29,458 bases of DNA from contig JANEMG010000001.1 in the NCBI GenBank assembly GCA_024511045.1, forward strand, positions 1 to 29,458, read 5' to 3'. Numbering within the stretch: position 1 is the stretch's first letter; every line of letters starts with the position of its first letter. A program made the translations under genes and the position numbers. This document shows, in pieces, positions 1 through 7,682 of the stretch. This DNA is from Gammaproteobacteria bacterium (GTDB taxonomy: Bacteria; Pseudomonadota; Gammaproteobacteria; Methylococcales; Methylomonadaceae). The notes beneath the pieces are model-generated. The model was not told the origin of the DNA and did no database searches. It saw only the letters and a list, made by a program, of their open reading frames with translations.

Positions 1-106
1 TATGCCTACTTTGTTTCTCCTCTGCGCTATCGCACCCCGGATAAACAGTGCGGCCCTGGTCGCTACCGAGGACTAACCGCCTTCGCTTCGCTCTCCATGG
101 CGGTCA

Positions 107-120
107 GCGTCGGGATGACA
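107..120 (-). repeat. Half-copy of REP-like family C (TGTCATCCCGAC...)
   Basis: GCGTCGGGATGACA also occurs in the family C arm at 12682-12709. Its reverse complement TGTCATCCCGACG matches 6393 and 6557. Confidence 0.6.
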
Positions 121-266
121 GGAATTATTGGCTTTCGTAGAAGCTGATGGTTCATACGTATATCAGATTTTAGAATTACTCGACCAGCGTACACAATTAC
201 GCATCATTGCGCCCCGCGATCGAGATTATCCGTTAATGCCTGGTGGGCATGTGGCGCGCCAGTCCT

Positions 267-470
267 TCAACCCTTGCCCAATATCTTGCTCAACACGTCA
301 TCGATCACCTGATAGTACTTGGTCTGCTCCACGGAATGATCGGCCGGATTGGATTTGCCGAAGGATTCTCCGGAACCCTTGGTAAATATGTAGATGAAAT
401 AACCCAATGGCGCAAAAGCGAATATCGCAACAATCCACATCCAGAACGTGATTTCGATGATTTCTCCCAT
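267..470 (-). CDS. Small single-pass membrane protein of unknown function (67 aa)
   Basis: ATG is preceded by an AGGAG RBS. One hydrophobic segment (FWMWIVAIFAFAPLGYFIYIF) is followed by a polar tail. No competing long ORF overlaps it. Confidence 0.7.
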   Translation of the reverse strand: MGEIIEITFWMWIVAIFAFAPLGYFIYIFTKGSGESFGKSNPADHSVEQTKYYQVIDDVLSKILGKG

Positions 471-515
471 GATCTCTCCTAAACGTTTGTTTCATTATCA
501 TTTATTGAACGGAAT

Positions 516-544
516 AATATAACCTGCCGGGCATTTTGCCACAA
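516..544 (-). promoter_or_regulatory. Possible sigma70 promoter for the 67-aa gene
   Basis: Minus strand reads TTGTGG-N17-TATATT; both boxes are imperfect. Confidence 0.3.
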
Positions 545-688
545 GTACAAATTTCAACACCGGTTTATTCAACCGCAGCCATCCAGAATCGACGCTGCCG
601 AGAAGCGGCATGCCTCCTGAAAAAGGCAAACGGATTGCCGTGCAATCGGTTGCGTTTCAGTATTTATAGACGTATACTTCCAGCCTAG

Positions 689-780
689 TACAGCACCTGT
701 TTTCTTTAAATTGAATATCAAACAGATACTCACAATCCCGAGTTTCTTATTGGAGGGTTTCAGTTTAAATAGGCGCTGCA
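689..780. mobile_element. MITE-like element copy 1 (92 bp)
   Basis: Left end TACAGCACCTGTTTTC (689-704) and right end AAATAGGCGCTGCA (767-780) match the ends of the element at 21335-21437 at 15/16 and 13/14. The left flank is CTAG. Confidence 0.55.
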
Positions 781-845
781 CTGCTCAATTGCCTGATGAT
801 TGAGCCAACAAATTTTCGTCAAAAACCGTCTGGAGGTTAAACACC

Positions 846-920
846 ATGAAATGGGAAACACCAAGCTATAAAGATCTTCGCTTTGGCTTCGAAGTAACGA
901 TGTACATCTACAATCGTTGA
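846..920 (+). CDS. pqqA: PQQ precursor peptide PqqA (24 aa, MKWETPSYKDLRFGFEVTMYIYNR)
   Basis: Translated by hand. It has the ExxxY core (E16, Y20), a GGAGG RBS at 832-836, and lies directly upstream of pqqB. Confidence 0.97.
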   Translation: MKWETPSYKDLRFGFEVTMYIYNR

Positions 921-941
921 GCATCGAGCAGCGACTATCAC

Positions 942-971
942 AAAAGGGGTTCAGCGATGGACCCCTTTTTT
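942..971 (+). terminator. Intrinsic terminator between pqqA and pqqB (potentially bidirectional)
   Basis: Hairpin AAAAGGGGTTC-agcgat-GGACCCCTTTT with a T run at 966-971 and an A run on the 5' side. Confidence 0.8.
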
Positions 972-1135
972 GTGCCCTGGAAAAAATCAGCGCCCCTGCA
1001 GTCATATCCCACGCCGGCCGCAGCTTTAACATTGTACAGCCAGCACCCGCAAGGTATTGACCCCTTTGCCTCCCAAACCGGGGCGTAGTATCATTCCACT
1101 CTTGTCATGCAACCCGGATTCAAGCCATCACAATC

Positions 1136-2047
1136 ATGAAAATCAGAGTACTCGGTTCCGGCGCCGGCGGCGGCTTCCCGCAATGGAACTGCAACTGCCA
1201 CAACTGCCACCGTCTGCGTCATCAGGAAATGAACGGCACAGCGCGCACCCAGTCGTCCATTGCCGTCAGCAGCGACGACAGAAACTGGCTGTTGTTCAAC
1301 ACCTCGCCGGACATCCGCGCCCAACTGGAAGCCTTTCCCGCCATACAGCCCCGGGAAGGGGTCCGCGACACCGGCATCAAGGCCATACTGCTGATCGACA
1401 GCCAGATCGACCATACCACCGGCATGCTGATGCTTCGCGAAGGAAAACCGCTGCAGGTGTATTGCAGCGAGATGGTCAGACAGGACCTGAGCACCGGCTT
1501 TCCACTGTTCAAAATGCTGGAAGACTACTGCACCGTCGAACACCACCCCGTGCCGCTGGATGGCGGCAGCTTCACGATCCCAGGCATCGACGACCTGCGC
1601 TTCTACAGCCACCCCCTGAAGAGCAAGGCGCCGCCCTATTCTCCGCACCGCCACGCCCCGCATGACGGGGACAACATCGGCGTCGTCATCGAGCAGATCT
1701 CCACCGGCAAGAAAGTCTACTACGCCCCGGGACTTGGCGAAATCGAACCGCACGTCATGGCCGCCATGCAGGATGCCGACTGCCTGCTGGTGGACGGCAC
1801 CTTCTGGACCGACGACGAAATGGAACAGCAGGGCATCAGCCCGAAAAAGGCCAGGGAAATCGGCCACCTTCCGCAATCCGGTCCTGGCGGCATGATCGAA
1901 GTGCTCGACGGCGTCCATGAAACCCGGAAAATCTTGATCCATATCAACAACACCAACCCGATTTTGGACGATGATTCCGCGCAGCGCAGACAACTGACCG
2001 AAGCAGGCATCGAAGTGGCCTGCGACGGCATGGAAATCATTCTATAG
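1136..2047 (+). CDS. pqqB: PQQ biosynthesis protein PqqB (metallo-beta-lactamase fold)
   Basis: N-terminal [20 protein letters not shown], plus [16 protein letters not shown] and HINNTNP motifs. Confidence 0.97.
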   Translation: MKIRVLGSGAGGGFPQWNCNCHNCHRLRHQEMNGTARTQSSIAVSSDDRNWLLFNTSPDIRAQLEAFPAIQPREGVRDTGIKAILLIDSQIDHTTGMLMLREGKPLQVYCSEMVRQDLSTGFPLFKMLEDYCTVEHHPVPLDGGSFTIPGIDDLRFYSHPLKSKAPPYSPHRHAPHDGDNIGVVIEQISTGKKVYYAPGLGEIEPHVMAAMQDADCLLVDGTFWTDDEMEQQGISPKKAREIGHLPQSGPGGMIEVLDGVHETRKILIHINNTNPILDDDSAQRRQLTEAGIEVACDGMEIIL

Positions 2048-2065
2048 AGGGTATCGATAAAACCA

Positions 2066-2797
2066 ATGCAGAACGCCAACGATCAGGCCTGGAGCCGCGA
2101 GGAATTTGCCGCAAGACTGCGCGGCATGGAAAAGTATTACCATATCCATCACCCCTACCATGTCCTGATGAACGAGGGCAAACTCAACAAACAGCAATTG
2201 CAGGGCTGGGTGGCCAATCGCTATTACTACCAGATCAGCATCCCCATCAAGGACGCCAACATCCTGGCCAACTGCCCGGACCGCAAGACCCGCGCCATCT
2301 GGATACAACGCATCCTGGATCACGACAGCCATCCCGACGACCCGGGCGGCATCGAAGCCTGGGTGCAGCTGGGCATGGCCGTGGGCCTGAGCCGCGAGGA
2401 GATCACCTCTCTCGAGCATGTCCTGCCGGGTGTCCGCTTTGCCGTGGACGCCTATGTGAACTTCGCCCGCCGGGCCGACTGGCACGAGGCGGCCAGCTCC
2501 TCCCTGACGGAACTGTTCGCGCCCAAGATTCACCAGCAGCGTCTGGACAACTGGCCGGAGCACTACCCCTGGGTGAAGCAGGAAGGCTACATCTATTTCC
2601 GCAAGCGCCTCAGCGAAGCGCGCCGCGATGTCGAACACGGCCTGGAAATCACCCTGGACTGGTACAAGACCCGGGAACAGCAGGAGCGCATGATGGACAT
2701 CCTGAAATTCAAGCTGGATGTCCTGTGGTCCATGGCGGACGCCATGTACCTGGCCTATATCAACGACATGCCCCCCTATTTCAACATCGACGCATGA
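2066..2797 (+). CDS. pqqC: Pyrroloquinoline-quinone synthase PqqC
   Basis: [35 protein letters not shown] and FKLDVLW motifs; position in the cluster. Confidence 0.97.
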   Translation: MQNANDQAWSREEFAARLRGMEKYYHIHHPYHVLMNEGKLNKQQLQGWVANRYYYQISIPIKDANILANCPDRKTRAIWIQRILDHDSHPDDPGGIEAWVQLGMAVGLSREEITSLEHVLPGVRFAVDAYVNFARRADWHEAASSSLTELFAPKIHQQRLDNWPEHYPWVKQEGYIYFRKRLSEARRDVEHGLEITLDWYKTREQQERMMDILKFKLDVLWSMADAMYLAYINDMPPYFNIDA

Positions 2798-2840
2798 TTG
2801 CCCGCACTCCGATCCGACAGCCGGCAGGGAAACGAACCCC

Positions 2841-3119
2841 ATGAGCATCAACCCCGACGACATCTTCGCCTTTTCCCCGCAGCACCGGCTGCAGTGGGAG
2901 GAGGCCCAGCAAAAGGACGTCATCCTCTATCCGGAAGGCATGGTGGAACTGAATCAGAGCTCCGTGGAAATCCTTAAAATGTGCGACGGCAGCCGGAATC
3001 TGCAGCAAATCGTCCACGACCTGGAACAAAAGTTCGGAACCACCGGACTAAAGGACGATATCATTCAATTTCTGGAAATTGCCCTGCAAAATGGCTGGAT
3101 CGAACGCACCACAAATTAG
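2841..3119 (+). CDS. pqqD: PqqA-binding chaperone PqqD (92 aa)
   Basis: [23 protein letters not shown] motif. Start moved to the ATG at 2841. Confidence 0.93.
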   Translation: MSINPDDIFAFSPQHRLQWEEAQQKDVILYPEGMVELNQSSVEILKMCDGSRNLQQIVHDLEQKFGTTGLKDDIIQFLEIALQNGWIERTTN

Positions 3120-4224
3120 CCCGCCGCGCTGGCTGCTGGCGGAACTGACCTACAGCTGCCCGCTGCAGTGTCCCTACTGCTCCAATCCCATCGATTATTC
3201 GCAATACCCCGAGGAACTGGACACCGGCGAATGGCAGAGGGTCCTGAGCCAGGCGCGCAAAATGGGCGCCGTGCAGCTGGGCTTCTCCGGCGGCGAACCC
3301 CTGACCCGCAAGGATCTTCCCGAACTGGTCAGCCATGCCAGCGATCTCGGCTACTACTCCAACCTGATCACCTCCGGCTACGGCCTGAACGAAGAGAAAA
3401 TCGTACAGCTGCAGCAGGCCGGCCTGGACCACATCCAGGTCAGCATCCAGGCCAGCACCCAGGAGCTCAACGACCACCTGGCCGGCACCGAGTCCTATCA
3501 GCACAAGAAAAAGGTCGCCCACCTGGTGAAAAAACACGGCTACCCGATGGTGCTGTGCGTCGTGATCCACCGCGAAAACATCCACCAGATGCAGCAGATC
3601 CTGGAAATGGCCATCGAGCTGGAAGCGGACTACCTGGAACTAGCCAACACCCAGTACTACGGCTGGGCGCATCTCAACCGGGACCTGCTGCTGCCCACCA
3701 GGGAACAGTTCCTGGAAGCCGAAGCGATCGCCCAGCGCTATAAGAAGCGGCTGGCCGGAAAAATGAAAATCTATTACGTGGTTCCGGACTATTACGAAGA
3801 CCGGCCCAAGGCCTGCATGAACGGCTGGGGCACCACCTTTCTGACCATCGCCCCCGACGGTACGGCGCTGCCCTGCCATTCCGCGCGCAGTCTGCCTGGC
3901 CTGGACTGCCCCAATGTCCGGGACTACAGCATCGCCGAAATCTGGAACGAATCCAGGGCCTTCAATTTCTTCCGCGGCACGGAATGGATGAAGGAACCCT
4001 GCCGCAGCTGCGATGAAAAGCGCAAAGACTTCGGCGGCTGCCGCTGCCAGGCCTACCTGCTGACCGGCGACATGTACAACGCCGACCCGGTGTGCAGCAA
4101 GTCGCCGCAGCATCAGGTGATAGAAGAAGCCATAGCCGCGGCGCGGCGCAGCGCCGAACAGACAGAAGCGCCCCTGATCTTCCGCAACAGCCGCAAATCC
4201 CGCGAACTGAGCGGCGGCAAATAA
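3091..4224 (+). CDS. pqqE: Radical SAM/SPASM peptide cyclase PqqE
   Basis: [17 protein letters not shown] (CxxxCxxC), GFSGGEP, CMNGWG and FGGCRCQA. Start taken as the ATG at 3091, overlapping the pqqD end. Confidence 0.97.
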   Translation: MAGSNAPQISPPRWLLAELTYSCPLQCPYCSNPIDYSQYPEELDTGEWQRVLSQARKMGAVQLGFSGGEPLTRKDLPELVSHASDLGYYSNLITSGYGLNEEKIVQLQQAGLDHIQVSIQASTQELNDHLAGTESYQHKKKVAHLVKKHGYPMVLCVVIHRENIHQMQQILEMAIELEADYLELANTQYYGWAHLNRDLLLPTREQFLEAEAIAQRYKKRLAGKMKIYYVVPDYYEDRPKACMNGWGTTFLTIAPDGTALPCHSARSLPGLDCPNVRDYSIAEIWNESRAFNFFRGTEWMKEPCRSCDEKRKDFGGCRCQAYLLTGDMYNADPVCSKSPQHQVIEEAIAAARRSAEQTEAPLIFRNSRKSRELSGGK

Positions 4225-4228
4225 CCCC

Positions 4229-4250
4229 GCAGGAGCGGCTTCAGCCGCGA
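4229..4250 (+). repeat. REP-like family A (GYAGGAGCGGCTTCAGCCGCGA), forward copy
   Basis: GCAGGAGCGGCTTCAGCCGCGA with an internal palindrome. Inverted partner at 4446-4470. Confidence 0.85.
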
Positions 4251-4291
4251 CTTCAAAAAACACCCTGCCAACCCCGGTCAAGATGACAGCT

Positions 4292-4324
4292 GCAGGAGGT
4301 GTTGAGGCAGGAAACGCATCTTTC
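4292..4324 (+). repeat. REP-like family D, degenerate single copy
   Basis: AGGAGGTGTTGAGGCAGGAAACGCATCTTTC is collinear with AGGAGGCGCCGAGGCACGAAACGCATCTTTC at 12560-12590. Confidence 0.65.
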
Positions 4325-4326
4325 CA

Positions 4327-4424
4327 TCGTTCCCACGCTCTGCGTGGGAATGCATAACGAAACGCTCTGCGTTTCGTGACGCGGAGCGTCCATGGATGGG
4401 TTCCCACGCAGAGCGTGGGATCCA
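4327..4424 (+). repeat. REP-doublet family B (TCGTTCCCACGCTCYGCGTGGGAAT...GTTCCCACGCAGAGCGTGGGA), 98 bp
   Basis: Two terminal palindromes and an inner hairpin. About 87/98 identical (manual count, no gaps) to 10165-10262. Confidence 0.9.
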
Positions 4425-4445
4425 TTATAAAACCGGCTTCTGTTG

Positions 4446-4470
4446 AAATCGCGGCTGAAGCCGCTCCTAC
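4446..4470 (-). repeat. REP-like family A, reverse copy (GTAG-type)
   Basis: Reverse complement is GTAGGAGCGGCTTCAGCCGCGATTT; identical to 6650-6674. Confidence 0.9.
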
Positions 4471-4478
4471 GACCGCCC

Positions 4479-5063
4479 CTACGTCAGCCCCGTCCACGGC
4501 TCATACAATCCCTCGGCATCGATGCCGAACAGCTCCAGCATCCTGCCCACCGCCTCGTCGACCAGATCGTCCAGGGTTTTCGACTTGCCGTAGAAGGCCG
4601 GCATGGGCGGAAAAATGATCCCGCCCATTTCCGTGACGGCCGCCATGTTGCGGATGTGTGCCAGGTTCAGCGGCGTCTCCCGGGGCATCAGCAGCAGCCG
4701 CCGACGCTCCTTCAGCGTGACATCGGCGGCCCGGGTGATCAGATTGTCACCGAAGCCGTGCGCCACGCTGGCCAGGGTCTTCATGGAACAGGGCACGATC
4801 AGCATGCCGGCGGTGCGGAACGCACCGCTGGCGATGCTCGCGGCGACATCGTTGATATCGTGGCAGACATCGGCCAGATCGTACAGCGCCCTGCGCGGCA
4901 GATCCAGTTCATGCTTGAGATTGATGACACCGGCCCTGGAAATCACCAGGTGCGTCTCCCAGCCCTCTCTCTGCCGCAGCACCTGCAGCATCCGCATGCC
5001 GTAAATGGCGCCGGTCGCGCCGGTCATGGCGATGATCAGGCGCTGCTTGTTTTTTTGCTGCAC
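4479..5063 (-). CDS. ubiX: Flavin prenyltransferase UbiX
   Basis: IIAMTGATGAIYG, IASGAF, PCSMKTLA, RAADVTLKERRRL and PRETPL. GTG start with AAGGAG upstream. Confidence 0.93.
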   Translation of the reverse strand: MQQKNKQRLIIAMTGATGAIYGMRMLQVLRQREGWETHLVISRAGVINLKHELDLPRRALYDLADVCHDINDVAASIASGAFRTAGMLIVPCSMKTLASVAHGFGDNLITRAADVTLKERRRLLLMPRETPLNLAHIRNMAAVTEMGGIIFPPMPAFYGKSKTLDDLVDEAVGRMLELFGIDAEGLYEPWTGLT

Positions 5064-5168
5064 TGTCGGCTATGCTCCTTTTCTGGTATTTTCGGCCGCC
5101 CTGTCGGGCTTCGCACCCCGGCCCAACCTGCACTCAATTCTCTGTGCAGTCAGAGGGACTGTCCATTT

Positions 5169-6134
5169 TCAAACTGACGCATCGCTGATTAATGCGGCCA
5201 TGTCGTCAGCCGCGTTCACCAGGGCATTTATCATCGCCGCGCCCCTGGCCACATGTCCTGCATCGTCCAGCACGATGAACCGGGCCCCGGGCAGGGCCTG
5301 GTGCAGACTGTAGCCGGCCTCCATGGGGCAGACCAGGTCGTTGCGCCCGTGAATGATGATGGTCGGCACCGCCTGCAGAACCGGGCAGCCGTCGAGAATC
5401 TGGTTTTCCCCGATGAAGTAGCGGTTTTCGGCGTAATGCATCTCCATGGCCACCTGCCTGACCAGCGCCGCCGAGGCATGTTCGTCGCATGGTCCGGGAC
5501 GATAATCCGCGGCCAGGGATACCTGGCTGCCCCAGGCGGACCATTCCCTGGCCACGCGCCGCCGCGCCACCTCATCATCGCCCCTGAAGACGGCGCACAG
5601 TCCGGCCAGCAGATCACCGCGCATCTTGCCGGGAACGCTGCCCTGCAGGCGTCGCCATTGTTCCGGATAGATGCGCGCCACGCCGTCCTCCTGTACGAAC
5701 CACTGAAGATCCTTCTCCCGGGCCAGGAACACCGCCCGGATCACGAACCCTGCGACCCTCCCGGCATGCTGCTGCCCATACAGCAACGCCAGCGCGCCGC
5801 CCCAGGAGCCGCCGAACACCAGCCAGCGCTCGATGCCCAAGCGCCTTCGTATGCGCTCCATATCGTCGATCAGGTCCTGCGTGGTATTGCCCTCAAACTC
5901 GCCAAAGGGCTCGGACCTGCCGCAGCCGCGCTGGTCGAAGAGAACGATGTGGTATTTCTCCGGATCGAAGAAGCGCCTGTGCTCGGGCCTGCAGCCGGAG
6001 CAGGGCCCGCCATGCAGAAACACCACCGGCAGTCCCTCCGGGTTGCCGCAGCGCTCCACATAGACGCGGTGCCGGCTGCCGGTATCCAGGAAAAAAGTGT
6101 CGAAGGGCGTGATTTCGGGATAGAGCGTTTTCAT
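5169..6134 (-). CDS. pip: Proline iminopeptidase (alpha/beta hydrolase)
   Basis: HGGP oxyanion motif, FDQRGCGRSEP, nucleophile motif GGSWG, and HGRNDLVCP. Start moved to the ATG at 6134, which has GGAG upstream. Confidence 0.9.
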   Translation of the reverse strand: MKTLYPEITPFDTFFLDTGSRHRVYVERCGNPEGLPVVFLHGGPCSGCRPEHRRFFDPEKYHIVLFDQRGCGRSEPFGEFEGNTTQDLIDDMERIRRRLGIERWLVFGGSWGGALALLYGQQHAGRVAGFVIRAVFLAREKDLQWFVQEDGVARIYPEQWRRLQGSVPGKMRGDLLAGLCAVFRGDDEVARRRVAREWSAWGSQVSLAADYRPGPCDEHASAALVRQVAMEMHYAENRYFIGENQILDGCPVLQAVPTIIIHGRNDLVCPMEAGYSLHQALPGARFIVLDDAGHVARGAAMINALVNAADDMAALISDASV

Positions 6135-6242
6135 GGTCTCCAGGCAGGAGCCTGGCAAGAATGGAACAGTCGCTATGATACCCCGAATTTCCGTTCGCGT
6201 CCCGTTGTCCTGCAGCCTGGATACTGCGTATCATGCCTTGAA

Positions 6243-6260
6243 GCGCGGCTTCAGCCGCGC
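6243..6260. repeat. REP-like family A core palindrome, degenerate
   Basis: GCGCGGCT-TC-AGCCGCGC shares the GCGGCTTCAGCCGC core. Confidence 0.65.
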
Positions 6261-6271
6261 AAGTTACCAAA

Positions 6272-6296
6272 GCCGGGTTGACCAGCGCAACCCGGC
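6272..6296. repeat. REP-like palindrome (family F)
   Basis: Perfect 9-bp inverted repeat GCCGGGTTG-accagcg-CAACCCGGC. Confidence 0.55.
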
Positions 6297-6307
6297 GAAC
6301 CAAGCTT

Positions 6308-6373
6308 GTCGGGTTACGGCGCACATGACGGTACATCCGATTTTAAAACCATTCGCAATGCGCCTGACCCGAC
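6308..6373. repeat. REP-like inverted pair (family E)
   Basis: GTCGGGTTACGGCGCA (6308-6323) and TGCGCCTGACCCGAC (6359-6373) form an imperfect inverted repeat around a 35-bp spacer. Confidence 0.65.
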
Positions 6374-6378
6374 CTGCA

Positions 6379-6470
6379 AATTCAAAATTTCTTGTCATCC
6401 CGACGGCAGGAGAGATCTTTGAGCATGCAGCCTGGATGGAGCTTGCGGAATCCGGGGGGCACACTGATCA
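6379..6470 (+). repeat. Direct repeat unit 1 (92 bp, contains family C arm 6393-6418)
   Basis: Near-identical to 6543-6635 at an offset of 164 bp. Confidence 0.9.
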
Positions 6471-6540
6471 TTGCCATGCTCTGCGCGGGAATGCAGTTTG
6501 TGATCTTCCATCTGTTCCGGGACGCGGGAGCGTCCCGGGA
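6471..6540 (+). repeat. Degenerate half of a family B doublet
   Basis: TTGCCATGCTCTGCGCGGGAATGCA followed by GACGCGGGAGCGTCC mirrors the first part of 4327-4424. Confidence 0.6.
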
Positions 6541-6542
6541 TG

Positions 6543-6635
6543 AATTCAAAATTTCTTGTCATCCCGACGACAGGAGGGATCTTTGAGCATGCAGCCTGGA
6601 TGAAGCTTGCGGAATCCGGGTGGGCACGCCGATCA
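6543..6635 (+). repeat. Direct repeat unit 2 (93 bp, contains family C arm 6557-6582)
   Basis: Near-identical to 6379-6470, with a few substitutions and one indel. Confidence 0.9.
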
Positions 6636-6649
6636 CTCCCTGTCAGAGG

Positions 6650-6674
6650 AAATCGCGGCTGAAGCCGCTCCTAC
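6650..6674 (-). repeat. REP-like family A, reverse copy
   Basis: AAATCGCGGCTGAAGCCGCTCCTAC, identical to 4446-4470. Confidence 0.9.
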
Positions 6675-6705
6675 GCCCCCCCCCAAAAAACACAGCAGGG
6701 TGCAT

Positions 6706-6743
6706 AAAAAAAGGGAGGACTTTGCAGTCCTCCCTTCTTTTTT
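6706..6743 (-). terminator. Intrinsic terminator of the outer-membrane protein gene (bidirectional form)
   Basis: Perfect 10-bp stem AAGGGAGGAC-tttgca-GTCCTCCCTT, with an A run at 6706-6712 and a T-rich tail on the other side. It lies about 30 bp after the stop codon. Confidence 0.9.
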
Positions 6744-6770
6744 CGGGTCGGTTTTCCTCTGAAAACTGGC

Positions 6771-7682
6771 TTAGAAGCCTATACCCAGATAGCCACCGGC
6801 TTCGAAGCCGTCGGTATCGACGCCGTCGGCATCACCGAAGGACAGGTTGTAGCGGGCGTCGGCGCCCACGTAGATGTTCTTCCAGACCTTGTAGTCGGCG
6901 CCGGCGCCGAACATCATGGCCGGATTCAGCACGGTGATGGATTCCGATGGCGGGCTGATCACGTTCAGCGCGAAGCCCACGGGGATGATCCAGGGACGGA
7001 AGTCGCTGCCCTTCATGAACTTGATTTTCGGCGACGCGCTCAGCGAGAACATGCTGACGGTGACGTCACGAGGCTGTCCTGGTTGAATTTGACCTGTTAA
7101 AATAGCAGTTCCAATAACACTTGGATTTTCTGCCAAGGCATTACCCTGGACCTGGGTGTTGAATTCCTTGTAGTCGAACATCAGTTCGGCCAGCACCTCG
7201 GTGTTGTCCATCAAGCCGAACAGGTTGTCGTCCAGGCTGAAATCGAAGCCGGCGCCAAAATACCAGGCATCCCTGTCGGCACGGTCCTGAGCCACTACCG
7301 GCACGACGTCGCTTTGTATGGAAACACCGTTGCGCGAGTGATCGGCTTTCGCCCAACCGCCGCGGAAGAAGATCATGTTATCCCTGGTTTCTTCCTTGAC
7401 CGGCTGGCTACGGACAGAAGCCATCCATTCATTCAGCTCCTGCACGCGGGGATCGGACTGCGCCGGCTGGGCCTTGACCCGCGCCAGCTCCGCCTGCATG
7501 GCTTTCATCATGCTGTTCATCTGCCGGACCTGGGACTCCAGCGCTTCGACCTTCTTGTCGGTCGCCGCGGCGACACGCTCAGCCTTGGAATGCGCCATCG
7601 CCTGCGGCGCAGCGAGAACCCCTGTCATTGCCAAGGCAGCCGTAGCGACTCCCAGGGCCAGTTTTGTTTTTGTTAATTTCAT
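6771..7682 (-). CDS. Outer-membrane beta-barrel protein (OmpW/porin-like) with signal peptide and N-terminal coiled-coil
   Basis: Signal peptide MKLTKTKLALGVATAALAMTG...AMA, then a heptad-like segment (VEALESQVRQMNSMMKAMQAELARV). Amphipathic strands include WYFGAGFDF, MFGAGADYKV and IYVGADARYN, and the C-terminal GYLGIGF ends in Phe. Confidence 0.75.
   Translation of the reverse strand: MKLTKTKLALGVATAALAMTGVLAAPQAMAHSKAERVAAATDKKVEALESQVRQMNSMMKAMQAELARVKAQPAQSDPRVQELNEWMASVRSQPVKEETRDNMIFFRGGWAKADHSRNGVSIQSDVVPVVAQDRADRDAWYFGAGFDFSLDDNLFGLMDNTEVLAELMFDYKEFNTQVQGNALAENPSVIGTAILTGQIQPGQPRDVTVSMFSLSASPKIKFMKGSDFRPWIIPVGFALNVISPPSESITVLNPAMMFGAGADYKVWKNIYVGADARYNLSFGDADGVDTDGFEAGGYLGIGF

Noticed and set aside
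1-120. Riboswitch at the window start (ATGCCTAC resembles the fluoride riboswitch 3' end; minus-strand GGGGTGC resembles TPP; hairpins at 31-52 and 75-105)
   Set aside because: The other conserved elements are absent or outside the window, and the region ends in a family C repeat arm. It is more simply repeat-derived.
625-660. c-di-GMP-I riboswitch (GGCAAAC followed by a stem)
   Set aside because: It lacks the GNRA/GAAA tetraloop and the downstream GACGCAAA and P3 elements.
3640-5177. ORFs 3640..4497 (-), 4376..4618 (+) and 4443..5177 (+), and similarly 6133..6543 and 9958..10263
   Set aside because: They are read through REP elements or antisense to real genes. The recurring peptides (PTLCVGT, KSRLKPLL) are translations of the repeats.
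6379-6635. CRISPR or mini-array
   Set aside because: There are only two units of about 92 bp, the spacer is itself a repeat fragment, and no cas genes are present.
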